Notes under the pieces: model-generated
The model's input: only the letters and a program-made list of their open reading frames with translations
Database searches by the model: none
Told to the model about the DNA's origin: nothing
In this document: piece after piece, positions 47,794 to 57,908 of the stretch
Layout of the letters: each line of letters opens with the position of its first letter
Position numbering within the stretch: position 1 is the stretch's first letter
Origin: Candidatus Poribacteria bacterium
GTDB taxonomy: Bacteria; Poribacteria; WGA-4E; PCPOR2b
Assembly: GCA_965218095.1 (NCBI GenBank)
Contig: OZ244587.1
Span: forward strand, 6,112,001 to 6,176,000
Reading direction: 5' to 3'
Length of the DNA stretch: 64,000 nt
Made by a program: the position numbers and the translations under genes

Positions 47794-47885
47794 GTTTGTA
47801 GTCGCGCAAACATTGCGCGTTTGGTACGGCGATGAATCGCTCCGATAGATCGGGATCTCGCTACACTGGAGGCCTTACTACAAAC
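47794..47885. repeat. GTAG-type REP-like element, copy 1, with nested insert at 47841-47872
   Basis: gtttgtagtcgcgcaa.cattgcgcgt..ggcgatgaatcgc..actacaaac; homologous to 62371-62463. Confidence 0.75.
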
Positions 47886-47929
47886 CATTACTTTCTTTTT
47901 GAAAATTACTTGAAATCACGTTTCATGGG

Positions 47930-48274
47930 TTATAAATTAGCAATTGCTGAATCCTCATCGGGAAAGATGGCTGCATGTTGAGCCAGCCCCATCATTTTGA
48001 AAGTCCGCTCGATTACAGGCGTCAAGCAGCAAAAGTGCAATACACCCCCTCGTTCTTCAAGCAACTCAATAATCTCAATCAGGATAGAAACACCGATACT
48101 GTTAATGAGTCGTGTTTTCTCAAGGTTAATGACGAGCTTGTTGTATCCTTTACGCATAAGTTCTTTTGCGGCTTCTGCAAGTTTCTCACCCATGGGGCCA
48201 TTCAGGTATCCATCGGTTTGAATAACGGCATAACTGGCTTCGGTACGGACGTTGACATTAAAAGCATTTGCCAT
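47930..48274 (-). CDS. STAS anti-sigma factor antagonist (RsbV-like)
   Basis: 114 aa; LVINL...LINSIGVSILI with conserved phosphoacceptor Ser. Confidence 0.9.
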   Translation of the reverse strand: MANAFNVNVRTEASYAVIQTDGYLNGPMGEKLAEAAKELMRKGYNKLVINLEKTRLINSIGVSILIEIIELLEERGGVLHFCCLTPVIERTFKMMGLAQHAAIFPDEDSAIANL

Positions 48275-48298
48275 TTGTTTCCTCCTTCATCAAATTTT

Positions 48299-48754
48299 TC
48301 AGGCGGTGGTTGTGTCCTCCACTTTTGAGGTCAGTTTCCTTTTGATCATTGTGATGGTTGTCCCTTTATCGCTGCTTTCGATATTCACTTCATCCATCAT
48401 ATTCTGGATAATCTCCAGGCCCCATCCCCGTTTCCGCACGCCTTCAATCATCGCTTCATCCACATTCGAGGGCTTTACCTGGTCCAGGCGAAATCCAAGC
48501 CCCCGATCTGTAATTTTTAGCTCCAACTCATCATCTTTCATGATAAACTTGATGGTAATGCGCTTGTCTTTGCTTTTGCTGTGCTCAAGAGCATTGATGC
48601 AGGTTTCGATGATAGCAAATTGAATCTCATCAATATGATTTTCTTCAAAATTCATAATTTCAGCAAGGATAGAGGCGGTTTGGGCAGCCGCTAATTCCAT
48701 ATTGGGGGCCATCGGAATAATCAGCGTCACTTCACGCCGGACTTGATCTGGCAC
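48299..48754 (-). CDS. Anti-sigma factor/Ser kinase (RsbW-like)
   Basis: ETCINALEH, DRGLGF, RGWGLEIIQNMMDEV, GTTITMIK. Confidence 0.92.
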   Translation of the reverse strand: MPDQVRREVTLIIPMAPNMELAAAQTASILAEIMNFEENHIDEIQFAIIETCINALEHSKSKDKRITIKFIMKDDELELKITDRGLGFRLDQVKPSNVDEAMIEGVRKRGWGLEIIQNMMDEVNIESSDKGTTITMIKRKLTSKVEDTTTA

Positions 48755-48897
48755 TTTAATCTACCTCCTCTCGGGATGTTCAGTCTACCTGCATTTTGAA
48801 TGAATCAACGGAAAAGGGGAATCGGTGAATCAGCGAATGGGCAGATCCCGCAATATGAATGCCTCACGTTTACGGAAACGGTTGCAGCACTTCAGAT

Positions 48898-49623
48898 CTA
48901 CTCTCGTCCCGGCAGCCAGAGGGTTCGTCGTGACCTCGGTTCAATACCCACATCACTATCCGAATCATCCGCTTCTTCGAGGGCCTCCGCTTCCTCATCA
49001 AGGGCCACAAAATCTTCTGGGAATTCATCTGGATTCATTTCAAAAAGGTAATCGCCTTGTTGACTGATTTTTTCCATCGCTTTTTCGGGTGTTGTTCCCA
49101 TTTGCCTGGCGATATCGTCAATTTCTCCAACAACAAACAGTTCTCCGTCTCTGCCAAATTCAATTGGTGGTGCATCTTCGGGCGGCGGACCAACGATTCT
49201 GCGCCAATCCTGAAACTCTTTTGGGAGCTTAAACCCATGTTTTTTGGCGTGCTCAACACCACCCAAGATTAAACGTTGTGCGTATGCGAGATCGCACGGT
49301 TTGTATCTCATATTGGCATGTCTGTTCAGCACTTCGCGCTCAAACCTTCTCGGAGGCGTGTCAATGTCACCGAAACAATCTTTCAGGCCAACGCCCCACA
49401 CATCAATAAGAAAAACGCAGAACACGAGGTTCCCGTTGATCACTTTTCTCGCGATGATGACGTTTGTCATACCGTGCTCTTTCAAATCAACGTCCAGAAC
49501 ATAAGTTCCATAAATTGGAAGTTCAGCGTTCAGGACATGAAATGGTGAGAAGGTTTGAGCGCTTGATCTTTTTTTCAAAGCTTTTTTCTTCTTTTGCGCC
49601 TTTGTTCGACTTTTTCGGCTCAT
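48898..49623 (-). CDS. Hypothetical protein with basic N-terminus and acidic C-terminus
   Basis: AGGAGG RBS before ATG 49623; FLIDVWGVGLKDCF, GGVEHA..GFK, IEFGRDG. Confidence 0.75.
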   Translation of the reverse strand: MSRKSRTKAQKKKKALKKRSSAQTFSPFHVLNAELPIYGTYVLDVDLKEHGMTNVIIARKVINGNLVFCVFLIDVWGVGLKDCFGDIDTPPRRFEREVLNRHANMRYKPCDLAYAQRLILGGVEHAKKHGFKLPKEFQDWRRIVGPPPEDAPPIEFGRDGELFVVGEIDDIARQMGTTPEKAMEKISQQGDYLFEMNPDEFPEDFVALDEEAEALEEADDSDSDVGIEPRSRRTLWLPGRE

Positions 49624-49679
49624 TGGATCGCCTCCTTTCTGAAATGCGCAAATGAGCGAATACTCTGTCAAATAAATGT

Positions 49680-50361
49680 CCATGGTTGGTATGCGGGGCA
49701 TGAAGCGCTTCAAACTTCTGTTGTTCTGGGTCGGAAAGTCTCAAATAGGTTTGGACCCAATCAATCACAAGCGATTTCCTTGCCTCGTCCACCTCACAGC
49801 GAGCGATGCGAAAGAAGTATTCATATTTCAAACGCGCTTTCGACCACTCGCCTCGTTTCATCTGAGCGGCGAAGGCAAAAGCAAACGGATTTCCGGTTGC
49901 TATATATGGCGCCGCATCAAGCCCGGGCGAGCCGATGACATCATATGACATCATAGTCGAATCGAACAACCAACTTGCCAAGCACGTCCTCGTAATACGC
50001 TTCCCGCCAGATTCCTTGACCCCCACTTTTCCAGATAGACCACAATTGAGACAATCAGCAGATGATGGCGTAGCCGCAACGCCGTGTAGTAATTGAACAT
50101 ACGTTCTGGAAAGTCGGTAGGATAGCCCGACTCCACTTCGATGTGGATTAAGAGTTTCCGCGCATCCCCTGAGACAGTTTCAACTTCCACCAACACATCG
50201 AGAATTTTCTGTTCCCCCAATGGGAGGCCAGTAAAGGTTTCTTTGTCCGAAAACCGGGCGGTGTCGGGGTGGATGTGTTGCGCAAGTTCCGGTTGAAAAA
50301 GATTGAGGAATTCGGCGAAGAACACCTTTAAGATCGTTTTGCTGAGTTGGTCGTGATCCAT
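49680..50361 (-). pseudogene. Second Rpn-family relic, frameshifted
   Basis: MDHDQL.K..L..FFAEFL.LF, DKETF, DVLVEV, LLIHIEVES, FPERMFNYY; continues in another frame GNPFAFAFAAQM..VQTYLRLS. Confidence 0.75.
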
Positions 50362-51163
50362 TCATCCCCTCTTTTGGTGCGAAAAACGGGCTGTGGGCTA
50401 ACCCCAAATCCTTTTTTTTCTTGAAGATCTTCGTCCTGGAGGTGAAGCGATATTTGAGCAGTGTCCACACCGCAAGCATTCCCTCACGCCAGAATCGCAG
50501 TTTTTTTCCGCCCTTTTTCGTGCGTGGGAAGTAGGCGATTGGCACTTCGTGGATATGATAGCTAGCCCGCAGGACCTTTGCCGTTACTTCGGGACAAAAT
50601 TCAAATCCTTCGCAGGTGAGATCTAGGCTGGTGATTAGGACTGCATCAAATGCCTTGTAACATGTTGCTTCATCGGTGATATGTATTTGGTACAGCAGAT
50701 TCACGAGCCCCGTAAGCATGCGGTTCGCAATGTAGTGTTGCAAACTTGTCTGGTTTCTTCCGTTTAGAAATCTTGAACCGTAGACCACCTGGGCGTCCCC
50801 TTTTCGCAGCAGATCAAAAATCGGCAGCAGGTCTTTCGGACGGAGTTCCAAATCTGCATCTTGAATAACAACAAAATCACCAGTGATATGCTCAAGCCCG
50901 ATCCGAATCGCAAACCCCTTACCACGATTTTCTTTGCATTGGACAATTTTCAACCACGGTTCATCATGCATCTGTTCCAAGATCTCAGATGTCCCATCGG
51001 TTGAACCGTCGTTGACGATGATGATTTCTTTGTTGATTGGTAATTCCTTAACTTCTTTAACGACCTGGCGGATCGTTGCTGCCTCATTAAACGCAGGGAT
51101 TATAACGGATAGTAACATCGATATATCTTCTTCCGCAAAACTGGTTGGCGTGAGCCTTTTCAT
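50180..51163 (-). CDS. Glycosyltransferase family 2 (Dol-P-Man synthase-like); C-terminus probably extended by an A8-run frameshift
   Basis: VIIPAFNE, NDGSTD, GKG, QDADLE, GSRF, TDEATCYK; likely start ATG 51118. Confidence 0.9.
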   Translation of the reverse strand: MKRLTPTSFAEEDISMLLSVIIPAFNEAATIRQVVKEVKELPINKEIIIVNDGSTDGTSEILEQMHDEPWLKIVQCKENRGKGFAIRIGLEHITGDFVVIQDADLELRPKDLLPIFDLLRKGDAQVVYGSRFLNGRNQTSLQHYIANRMLTGLVNLLYQIHITDEATCYKAFDAVLITSLDLTCEGFEFCPEVTAKVLRASYHIHEVPIAYFPRTKKGGKKLRFWREGMLAVWTLLKYRFTSRTKIFKKKKDLGLAHSPFFAPKEGMNGSRPTQQNDLKGVLRRIPQSFSTGTCATHPPRHRPVFGQRNLYWPPIGGTENSRCVGGS

Positions 51164-51226
51164 CCGCTCAGGTGGGCAAACCGTCTGCTGTGAGCGGAAT
51201 CAGCAGATGAGTGAAAAATCTCAGTA

Positions 51227-51255
51227 AATATATCATTGCCACTCCATAATGTCAA
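51227..51255 (-). promoter_or_regulatory. sigma70 promoter for the GT2 gene
   Basis: TTGACA-17 nt-TATATT with TG extension. Confidence 0.65.
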
Positions 51256-51270
51256 CTTCAAATCTGCCAA

Positions 51271-52260
51271 CTATGGTTCAAGCATTGCTTTACCTGCCTG
51301 ACCGTTAGCGAATTTCTTGAAAGCCACTTGCGCTTCAACGAGTGGGAAGTGATCGGTAATCATCCGTCCGATTGGCAATCCACGCCGATACAAATCTAGC
51401 ATCGCAGGATATTCCGAGTAGTGATAGAACCAACTCCCCATTAGGGTAATGTCCCGCCGGATTAGATCTCCGCTTGGGCTGATCGGCACATCGCCCTGCT
51501 CGCCCACGCACATGACGGTCCCCGCCTTGCCAACCAGCTTGAGGGCGAGTTTTAGCGTTTCCGCACGTCCAGCTGCTTCGATGCACTTATCCGCGAGCAT
51601 ACCGCGGGTGATCTTCGTGAGCACTTCAAGGGGATCTACTCTCTGCGGGTTAATGGTATGTGCAGCACCAACCGACTCCGCGAGAGAGAGACGATAGTCA
51701 TTGATGTCAACGACAATCACTTCTGCGCCCAGAAAGGATTGCACGATGGTGTTTCCAAGCCCGACGGGACCCGCTCCCAAAATACAAACGAAATCTCCGC
51801 CTTTTGTGTCGAGTCGCCGGCTGACATGATATGGGACCCCTAAACCATCGCCGGTCAGGAGCACACCCACGTCAAAGGGGACATCTTCAGGCAGTTTGAG
51901 ACACACATGATCTGGTGCAGCGATGCGTTCAGCATGCGTCCCCGGACAAGAGGTGCGGTTGTCGCAAAAGGTATATTGCCCTACTGCACACCATCGACAA
52001 TCGCCGCACCCCCAAGCAGCGTGGACGCCAACGCGATCGCCAACCCTGAATCGCGTTGACTTTCCGGCATCGATCACCACGCCCGTGACTTCGTGCCCAC
52101 CGTTGAATGGGTGCTGGCTGGGACCTCGGTAGACGTGCATTTCGCTGCCGCAGATGCCTGACGCCTTGATCTGGATCAACACTTTGTTCCCATCGAGCAT
52201 CGGTTCCGGGTATTCTTTGATGATAACTTTTTCGTTGCCTAAAAACTGAACACCGAGCAT
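51271..52260 (-). CDS. Zinc-dependent alcohol dehydrogenase family protein
   Basis: GICGS, GHE, CGDCRWC..C, GAGPVG. Confidence 0.95.
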   Translation of the reverse strand: MLGVQFLGNEKVIIKEYPEPMLDGNKVLIQIKASGICGSEMHVYRGPSQHPFNGGHEVTGVVIDAGKSTRFRVGDRVGVHAAWGCGDCRWCAVGQYTFCDNRTSCPGTHAERIAAPDHVCLKLPEDVPFDVGVLLTGDGLGVPYHVSRRLDTKGGDFVCILGAGPVGLGNTIVQSFLGAEVIVVDINDYRLSLAESVGAAHTINPQRVDPLEVLTKITRGMLADKCIEAAGRAETLKLALKLVGKAGTVMCVGEQGDVPISPSGDLIRRDITLMGSWFYHYSEYPAMLDLYRRGLPIGRMITDHFPLVEAQVAFKKFANGQAGKAMLEP

Positions 52261-52370
52261 GTTGTTTCTCCTTCATAAACTGTAACCGTCCAGGTGGTAA
52301 AACGAAAAGGAATAAACGTTTCGTAAAAGTAAAGCGATCCATTCGGATGTAGATCTTTCTTAACGGAAGG

Positions 52371-53075
52371 TCAGAATCTTGAGGCGCGGTTTCCCCACCC
52401 CAGAAACCGTTCGAGCTCCTGAATTTCTGCGAGTTGAACATCAACAATCGACGTATCCGGACACTCCTTTTCTTCCTCGCCCACCAACCAAGCGGTCCAC
52501 ATCCCCATACTCTTTGCGCCAACCATATCTTGCGAATATGTATCCCCAACATAGATCGTTTCTTCAGGGGAGACACTTAATCCTGATAACGCTGTGTGGA
52601 AAATTCCCGCCTCTGGTTTCGATACACCAACAACAGTTGAATCAATCACAACATCAAATAGTGGTGTGAGGTGATATTCGTCACACCAGCCTTGTGTGTT
52701 TCCAAAGTTGTTGCTGATGACGCCAAGTTGATATCGCTCTCGAAGCGTTGCGAGCCACCGACGGTTTCGATCAAGGAACTCCTTCGCACCTTCGCAGAAG
52801 AAATCTACATACCGGTCTTTCACGTCCGAACCCAGACCGAGCGCATCGTAAGTGCCCGTGGCAATGGCATCCATCGTTTCGCGCAGTGTAAGTTTGGGTG
52901 CTCTTCCGCTAGCGATAAGCCGGTCCACAGAGACACGATCAACCTGATCAAACGTCTTTCGATCAATCTCTGGATATTCCTGCTGGATGAACCGGTAGGT
53001 TCGGTCTCGCCAATGGATACCGTTTCCATCGAGCGTTCCGCCAAAATCGAACAGCAAGGCACGAATCTCCTTCAT
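52371..53075 (-). CDS. HAD family hydrolase
   Basis: FDFGGTL, ISN, KP, VGD...D. Confidence 0.9.
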   Translation of the reverse strand: MKEIRALLFDFGGTLDGNGIHWRDRTYRFIQQEYPEIDRKTFDQVDRVSVDRLIASGRAPKLTLRETMDAIATGTYDALGLGSDVKDRYVDFFCEGAKEFLDRNRRWLATLRERYQLGVISNNFGNTQGWCDEYHLTPLFDVVIDSTVVGVSKPEAGIFHTALSGLSVSPEETIYVGDTYSQDMVGAKSMGMWTAWLVGEEEKECPDTSIVDVQLAEIQELERFLGWGNRASRF

Positions 53076-53120
53076 GATTTCAATTCCGTAGTGCGTATTA
53101 CATAAAACGTGGGCTTCCTT

Positions 53121-53618
53121 TCACGTTTTATGCAGCAACCAAAGCGCGGCATTCCGAAGTAACTTCTGATAGGTTGGGTGTTGCAGAATCTCCAGCGTGT
53201 GTCCGTTGGCAAGGCACGCAACACGTCCATTGCCATACTCATACGCCCACCCGGCGACCGATTGTCTCCCATCTTGATCTTGACTGACCAGCAGCATCTC
53301 CACCCGGTCATGATCAAACCAGAGAAAGTGCTGCTCATCCATCGACAATTTCGTAGGATTCAATCCCTGCTGCGATGAGGTGGTTCGTGTTAACCACTTC
53401 CACTTTGAACTTAGCGATTGACGGATGCCCGACGTAATAACCACCCATTGTTCGTCGATAGCCGCCTTTCCAGGGATAAGCCCAACCCGAATTATGAAGC
53501 GGCATAAATCCCCCACCTTTTAAAACAAAACGCTCAATGGCATTTTCTTGCTCTGGCTGCATCCACGCCACCGATCTAGCCAACCGTTAGGATATTCGAT
53601 GCCGTCCTGCAAGATCAT
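53121..53618 (-). pseudogene. Degraded ThuA-like paralog of 55300-55962
   Basis: VAWMQPEQE..GGGFMPLHNSGW.YPWKG.YRRTMGGYYVGHP in one frame and DEQHFLWFD..GWAYEYG in another; N-terminus missing. Confidence 0.85.
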
Positions 53619-53636
53619 ACTGATTCACTGATTTTC

Positions 53637-55271
53637 CTATTTGCTACGCAGCGGCTCCGAATGCAACCAACCGATCATGCCAATAAGTTCTTCCTGCCGA
53701 TCTTGCATCGCTATTTCGATGATTGCGGGACGATCAGCAGCGAGTGCGTCTTGTAGGACACCCTTGAAATTTGCCAGATCATCGACCCGCGTTGCATAAG
53801 CGCCGAAGGACCTGGCAAACTGGACAAAATCTGGGTTGACTAGATCTGTATCAATGGTGCGTCCGTTGCAGCCCTTTTGCTGTGATCCTTTGATTGCGCT
53901 CAACGCAGTGTCATTCACAACGATTGCCACGACGTTGACCCCGTACATCATTGCCGTTGCCAATTCAGCAGCCCCCATCATGAATCCGCCATCTCCGCTG
54001 AAGCACACGACCGGCTTATCTGGATGCGCGACCTTTGCACCGATTGCAGCAGGAAAGGCGTATCCCAGCGCAACACCAATATTTGGATAGAGGAAGGTTC
54101 GCGGATCGAAGACCGGGAATTCGGCGAACGAAGCGTAGCCGATTGCATGGACATCGACTGAGAAGATTCCATCGTCCGGGAGGACAGCGCGTATCTCCGG
54201 TAACAGGGGCAAGGGTGGTTGGGCGGCAAACTTTTCTTGAATCCGTTCCAGCGGATGGTTCCATGAATCTTTGCCCCCCTTGACCGCTTCGATTAACGCC
54301 CGCAAGGTCAATTTGAGGTCGCCGACGACGCCAACATCGCACGGGTATTCCCGCCCAATTTCCGCCGCGTTCTCATCGATCTGGATTAATGGTCGCGGGA
54401 ATTCGAGGCTCCAATTCCGCGTATCAATCGATGTGAAACGAGGGCCAATGGCGAGTGTGCAATCCGCAATTTGCATCGCCTGGCGTCCTTGGAAGCCATA
54501 AATAATCTGCAGCGCCAGTGGGTGGTCTTCGGGCAGGGCGCCCTTCGCACATCGCGCCACAACAACAGGAGCGTTGAGTTTTTCAGTAAGTTGCTGCAAT
54601 TCCTCACGCGCATCGGAGTGAATGACCGCTGATCCAACAAATAGGATCGGCATCTCTGCCTGATTGAGCGCTTCCATCGCGGATTGGAGGTCAGCGGGGT
54701 CGGGCAACCCAGAGGGTTGTCGGTCAACATGCGGTGGAATGGGGACTTCTCCCTCTCCGGTAACCACGTCCATCGGAAATTCCAGCACGACGGGACCGGG
54801 CCGACCTGTCCGCATCACACGGAACGCATTTTCGACGACTTCAGGAATTTCCTCGATTGTGTGCGCAATCGCGCAATACTTCGTGACAGATTCAAAGAAA
54901 CTCATCTGATCCAAGCCGTGAAACATCTTGCTCGGATGTCTCATGTAAAATTGGGAGTCACTCTGACCGGTAATCAGCAGCACCGGCACGCAATCTGTGA
55001 ATGCCTCCAGGATTCCGGTCGATGCGTTGCTCGCACCGGGGCCAGGGACCGTCAGGGCAACCCCCACTTCTCCTGTGGAACGGGCGTAACCGTCTGCCAT
55101 CTGTGTGGAAGCGTATTCGTGCCGGACAAGGTAGTGATCGATGACACCTGCCCCGCAGCGGAGCAGCGAGTCATAGATCTGTATGTTTTGGGTGCCCGGC
55201 ATGCCAAAAACGCAGCGTATCCCTTGCGCCTTCAAACACTCAATAAGAATATCTCCACCTTTCATGAGCAC
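53637..55271 (-). CDS. Thiamine pyrophosphate-binding enzyme (acetolactate synthase-like)
   Basis: FGMPG, VRHE, GPGASN, GDGGF..N. Confidence 0.93.
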   Translation of the reverse strand: MLMKGGDILIECLKAQGIRCVFGMPGTQNIQIYDSLLRCGAGVIDHYLVRHEYASTQMADGYARSTGEVGVALTVPGPGASNASTGILEAFTDCVPVLLITGQSDSQFYMRHPSKMFHGLDQMSFFESVTKYCAIAHTIEEIPEVVENAFRVMRTGRPGPVVLEFPMDVVTGEGEVPIPPHVDRQPSGLPDPADLQSAMEALNQAEMPILFVGSAVIHSDAREELQQLTEKLNAPVVVARCAKGALPEDHPLALQIIYGFQGRQAMQIADCTLAIGPRFTSIDTRNWSLEFPRPLIQIDENAAEIGREYPCDVGVVGDLKLTLRALIEAVKGGKDSWNHPLERIQEKFAAQPPLPLLPEIRAVLPDDGIFSVDVHAIGYASFAEFPVFDPRTFLYPNIGVALGYAFPAAIGAKVAHPDKPVVCFSGDGGFMMGAAELATAMMYGVNVVAIVVNDTALSAIKGSQQKGCNGRTIDTDLVNPDFVQFARSFGAYATRVDDLANFKGVLQDALAADRPAIIEIAMQDRQEELIGMIGWLHSEPLRSK

Positions 55272-55299
55272 ACTCTCCTAAGTTTTATGTCACTAATTT

Positions 55300-55962
55300 T
55301 TACGTTCTGCGCAGCAACCATCGTGTGGCATTGTGAAGCAGCTTTTGATAAGTCGAGTGTTGCAAGACCTCCAACGTGTGTCCGTTGGCAAGGTACACCA
55401 CACGCCCCTTTCCATATTCATAAGCCCAGCCTGCGACTGACTGTCTCCCATCTTGTCCTTGACTGATCAGCAGCACTTCCACCCGGTCGTAATCGAACCA
55501 GAGAAAGTGTTGCTCATCGACGATCTCGTAGGACTCCACCCCTGCCGTGATAGGATGGCTCTTGTTGACCACTTCTACCTTGAACTGGGCAATCGCCGGA
55601 TGCCCGACATAATAACCGCCCATCGTTCGTCGATAGCTGCCCTTCCAGGGGTAACCCCAGCCTGAATTGTGAAGCGGCATAAATCCCCCGCCGGCCAGGA
55701 CAAATTGCTCGATGGCACCCTCTTGCTCCGGCTGCATCCACGCCACCGGCCCAGCTTCCTGACCGTTGGGAAATTCCATGCCGTCGCGCAGAATGACGAA
55801 GAGATCCTTATCAGCAAGCATTTCGCGACCGAGTGCGGCAAAGTCAGTTGTGTATTCAACCTCTATCCCTTCTTTTCTCAGGACGGATCCGACACCCTCA
55901 AAGGCATCGTTTGCGTCATGATAATTATCGCCTGCGAGAATTAACGCTTTTGTAGTTCCCAT
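55300..55962 (-). CDS. ThuA domain-containing protein
   Basis: GDNYH, GGGF..LH, HP, HPIT, DEQH, GKGRVVYL..GH. Confidence 0.9.
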   Translation of the reverse strand: MGTTKALILAGDNYHDANDAFEGVGSVLRKEGIEVEYTTDFAALGREMLADKDLFVILRDGMEFPNGQEAGPVAWMQPEQEGAIEQFVLAGGGFMPLHNSGWGYPWKGSYRRTMGGYYVGHPAIAQFKVEVVNKSHPITAGVESYEIVDEQHFLWFDYDRVEVLLISQGQDGRQSVAGWAYEYGKGRVVYLANGHTLEVLQHSTYQKLLHNATRWLLRRT

Positions 55963-56013
55963 GTACCTGGTTCCTTTCGCCGTTTGGCAGCTCAGTTGTC
56001 AACCCCGACGCAA

Positions 56014-56784
56014 TTAGCCTTTCAATTCAAGCGCTGTAATGTCCTCCACCATCCCCCGGATGCGCAGACGGTCACTGTTTACAAACGCCGGATTGGGTTT
56101 CAGGGTGTAGGGCGACCAACGCTGCAGAGAGGCGATGTGCGCATCGGTCGTCGGCTTCGCGGCGAATTTCAGGGCGATATAGCGGCGGCCCACAAAACCA
56201 CCGAACATGCCGTGCCAGAGACAATGATTGAAGAACACAACATCCCCCGGCTGGGCTTCGAGAGGGAAGCACGGCAACTCTGCGCCGGTGACGCCGAAGG
56301 TCTTCGGGCACGAATCCGCTTTCTGGGCGATGAGCGGCTGAAGATCTGTATGAAGCGGCAACCGATGTGAGCCCGGTATAACGCGCAAGCAGCCTCGTTC
56401 TTTCGTCACCGGATCGAGATAGATCATGACCTTGATCCGTATGTAATCAACCTCCGCTACGCCTTGCCGGTCGGCGTGCCAGCGGTGCTCGCCGTGAGTG
56501 GTGAGGTTGCCCTCAGAACCGGACCAGATAAAGTCCATCGGCATCAACTGTTCAACCACTTTGTAGATGCGGTCATTTTCGACAAGCTCCGTAAAGAAAG
56601 GGTTGTGCTCGACAATGGTGGTCACGCCTTGTTCTTCGCCCGCGAAAGGTTTGCCGCCCCGTTCTTCGGTCATCACTTTGTCGAACTCACGGATAATCGC
56701 TTCCATCTCGTCCGGCGGAAAATAACCCCGCAGAAAGAGAAAACCAAAGGTGTCGAAATATGACTCCTGTTCTGGTGTCAGCAT
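56014..56784 (-). CDS. Phytanoyl-CoA dioxygenase (PhyH) family protein
   Basis: LTPEQ..F..FGFL, WHAD, GCLRVIPGSH, WHG...RR. Confidence 0.92.
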   Translation of the reverse strand: MLTPEQESYFDTFGFLFLRGYFPPDEMEAIIREFDKVMTEERGGKPFAGEEQGVTTIVEHNPFFTELVENDRIYKVVEQLMPMDFIWSGSEGNLTTHGEHRWHADRQGVAEVDYIRIKVMIYLDPVTKERGCLRVIPGSHRLPLHTDLQPLIAQKADSCPKTFGVTGAELPCFPLEAQPGDVVFFNHCLWHGMFGGFVGRRYIALKFAAKPTTDAHIASLQRWSPYTLKPNPAFVNSDRLRIRGMVEDITALELKG

Positions 56785-56883
56785 TGTGTGTCTCCTTTTA
56801 GTTTTTCAACTTTGTCATTCTGGATTTTTTGGAACCTACTTATGAGACGTGATGCGTAATGCGTAACTTGTTGATTCTTCGAT

Positions 56884-57858
56884 TCACAGATTCTGACGCG
56901 CTAAAACTGATGCCCCGATGACGCCAGCGTTGTCACCGAGCTTCGCCATGACAATCTGAACGCCTTCCATCGTCGTAGGCAAAGCATATTCGGCTGTGGC
57001 CTGGCAAATCAGCTCTAGGAAACTCTCCCCCATCGCTTCGATGACCCCTCCACCAAGCACAATCATCTCAGGGTTCAGGAAGTGGACAATCGAGGCAACA
57101 CCGATTCCTAAATATTTGCCAGCCTGTTGCATAACCTTAATCGTCAGTTTGTCGCCTCGCTCGACAGCTTCTGCTAAGGCGCGACTCCGAATCAAATCTA
57201 GCTTTCCACCATTCAGTTTGGGAAGGATGCTCTTCTTCCCTTTTTTCAGAATGGCTTTCTGAAGGCGCCTAGTAATCGCGGTACGGCTTGCGACAGCTTC
57301 CAGACAACCGAAGGCGCCACAGCCACACCGGGGACCATTTGCTTTCACAATGATATGACCGACTTCACCCGCGGTTTTGCTGGCGCCGTGAAAAAGCTTG
57401 CCATCTAAGATAATTCCACCACCAATCCCCGTGCCGACGAAAATCCCGACGATGTTTTTAACCCCTTGCCCGGCCCCTAAGGCGGACTCGCCGAGCGTTC
57501 CCACATTGACATCATTATCAACAAAGGTAGGGATACCAAGATCGGCTTCAAGTTTCGCTTTGAGGGGCACGTTTGACCAACCAAGATTGGGCGCGAAGAT
57601 AATGATGCCTGTCTCCGGATCGAGCGGGCCAGGCGATCCGACGCCCATTGCACGAATTTGGGAGGTTTCAAGTTCTGCGCGATCAATTGCTTCACGGATA
57701 CATCGCGCAATCCGATTGATCACTTTATCCGGAGCTTTCTTTGCCTTTGTCGCTGTTTTGGATTGGGAGACGACTTTTCCCTCGCCATTAATGACAGCAG
57801 CAAGAATCTTCGTACCTCCCATATCTACCCCGACAACATAATCGTCATTCATTACCAT
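56884..57858 (-). CDS. ROK family sugar kinase (glucokinase-like)
   Basis: GVDMGGTK, NDVN, GTGIGGG, GEVGH, CGCG..GCLE. Confidence 0.93.
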   Translation of the reverse strand: MVMNDDYVVGVDMGGTKILAAVINGEGKVVSQSKTATKAKKAPDKVINRIARCIREAIDRAELETSQIRAMGVGSPGPLDPETGIIIFAPNLGWSNVPLKAKLEADLGIPTFVDNDVNVGTLGESALGAGQGVKNIVGIFVGTGIGGGIILDGKLFHGASKTAGEVGHIIVKANGPRCGCGAFGCLEAVASRTAITRRLQKAILKKGKKSILPKLNGGKLDLIRSRALAEAVERGDKLTIKVMQQAGKYLGIGVASIVHFLNPEMIVLGGGVIEAMGESFLELICQATAEYALPTTMEGVQIVMAKLGDNAGVIGASVLARQNL

Positions 57859-57908
57859 TCTTTAGACTCCTTCAGGTTCTGGTTTTGGCCGCCTTCTCTC
57901 CCAATTTC

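Noticed and set aside
56884-57858. ROK kinase as polyphosphate glucokinase
   Set aside because: Retains the Cys-rich Zn motif of ordinary ROK kinases; only context suggests polyP use
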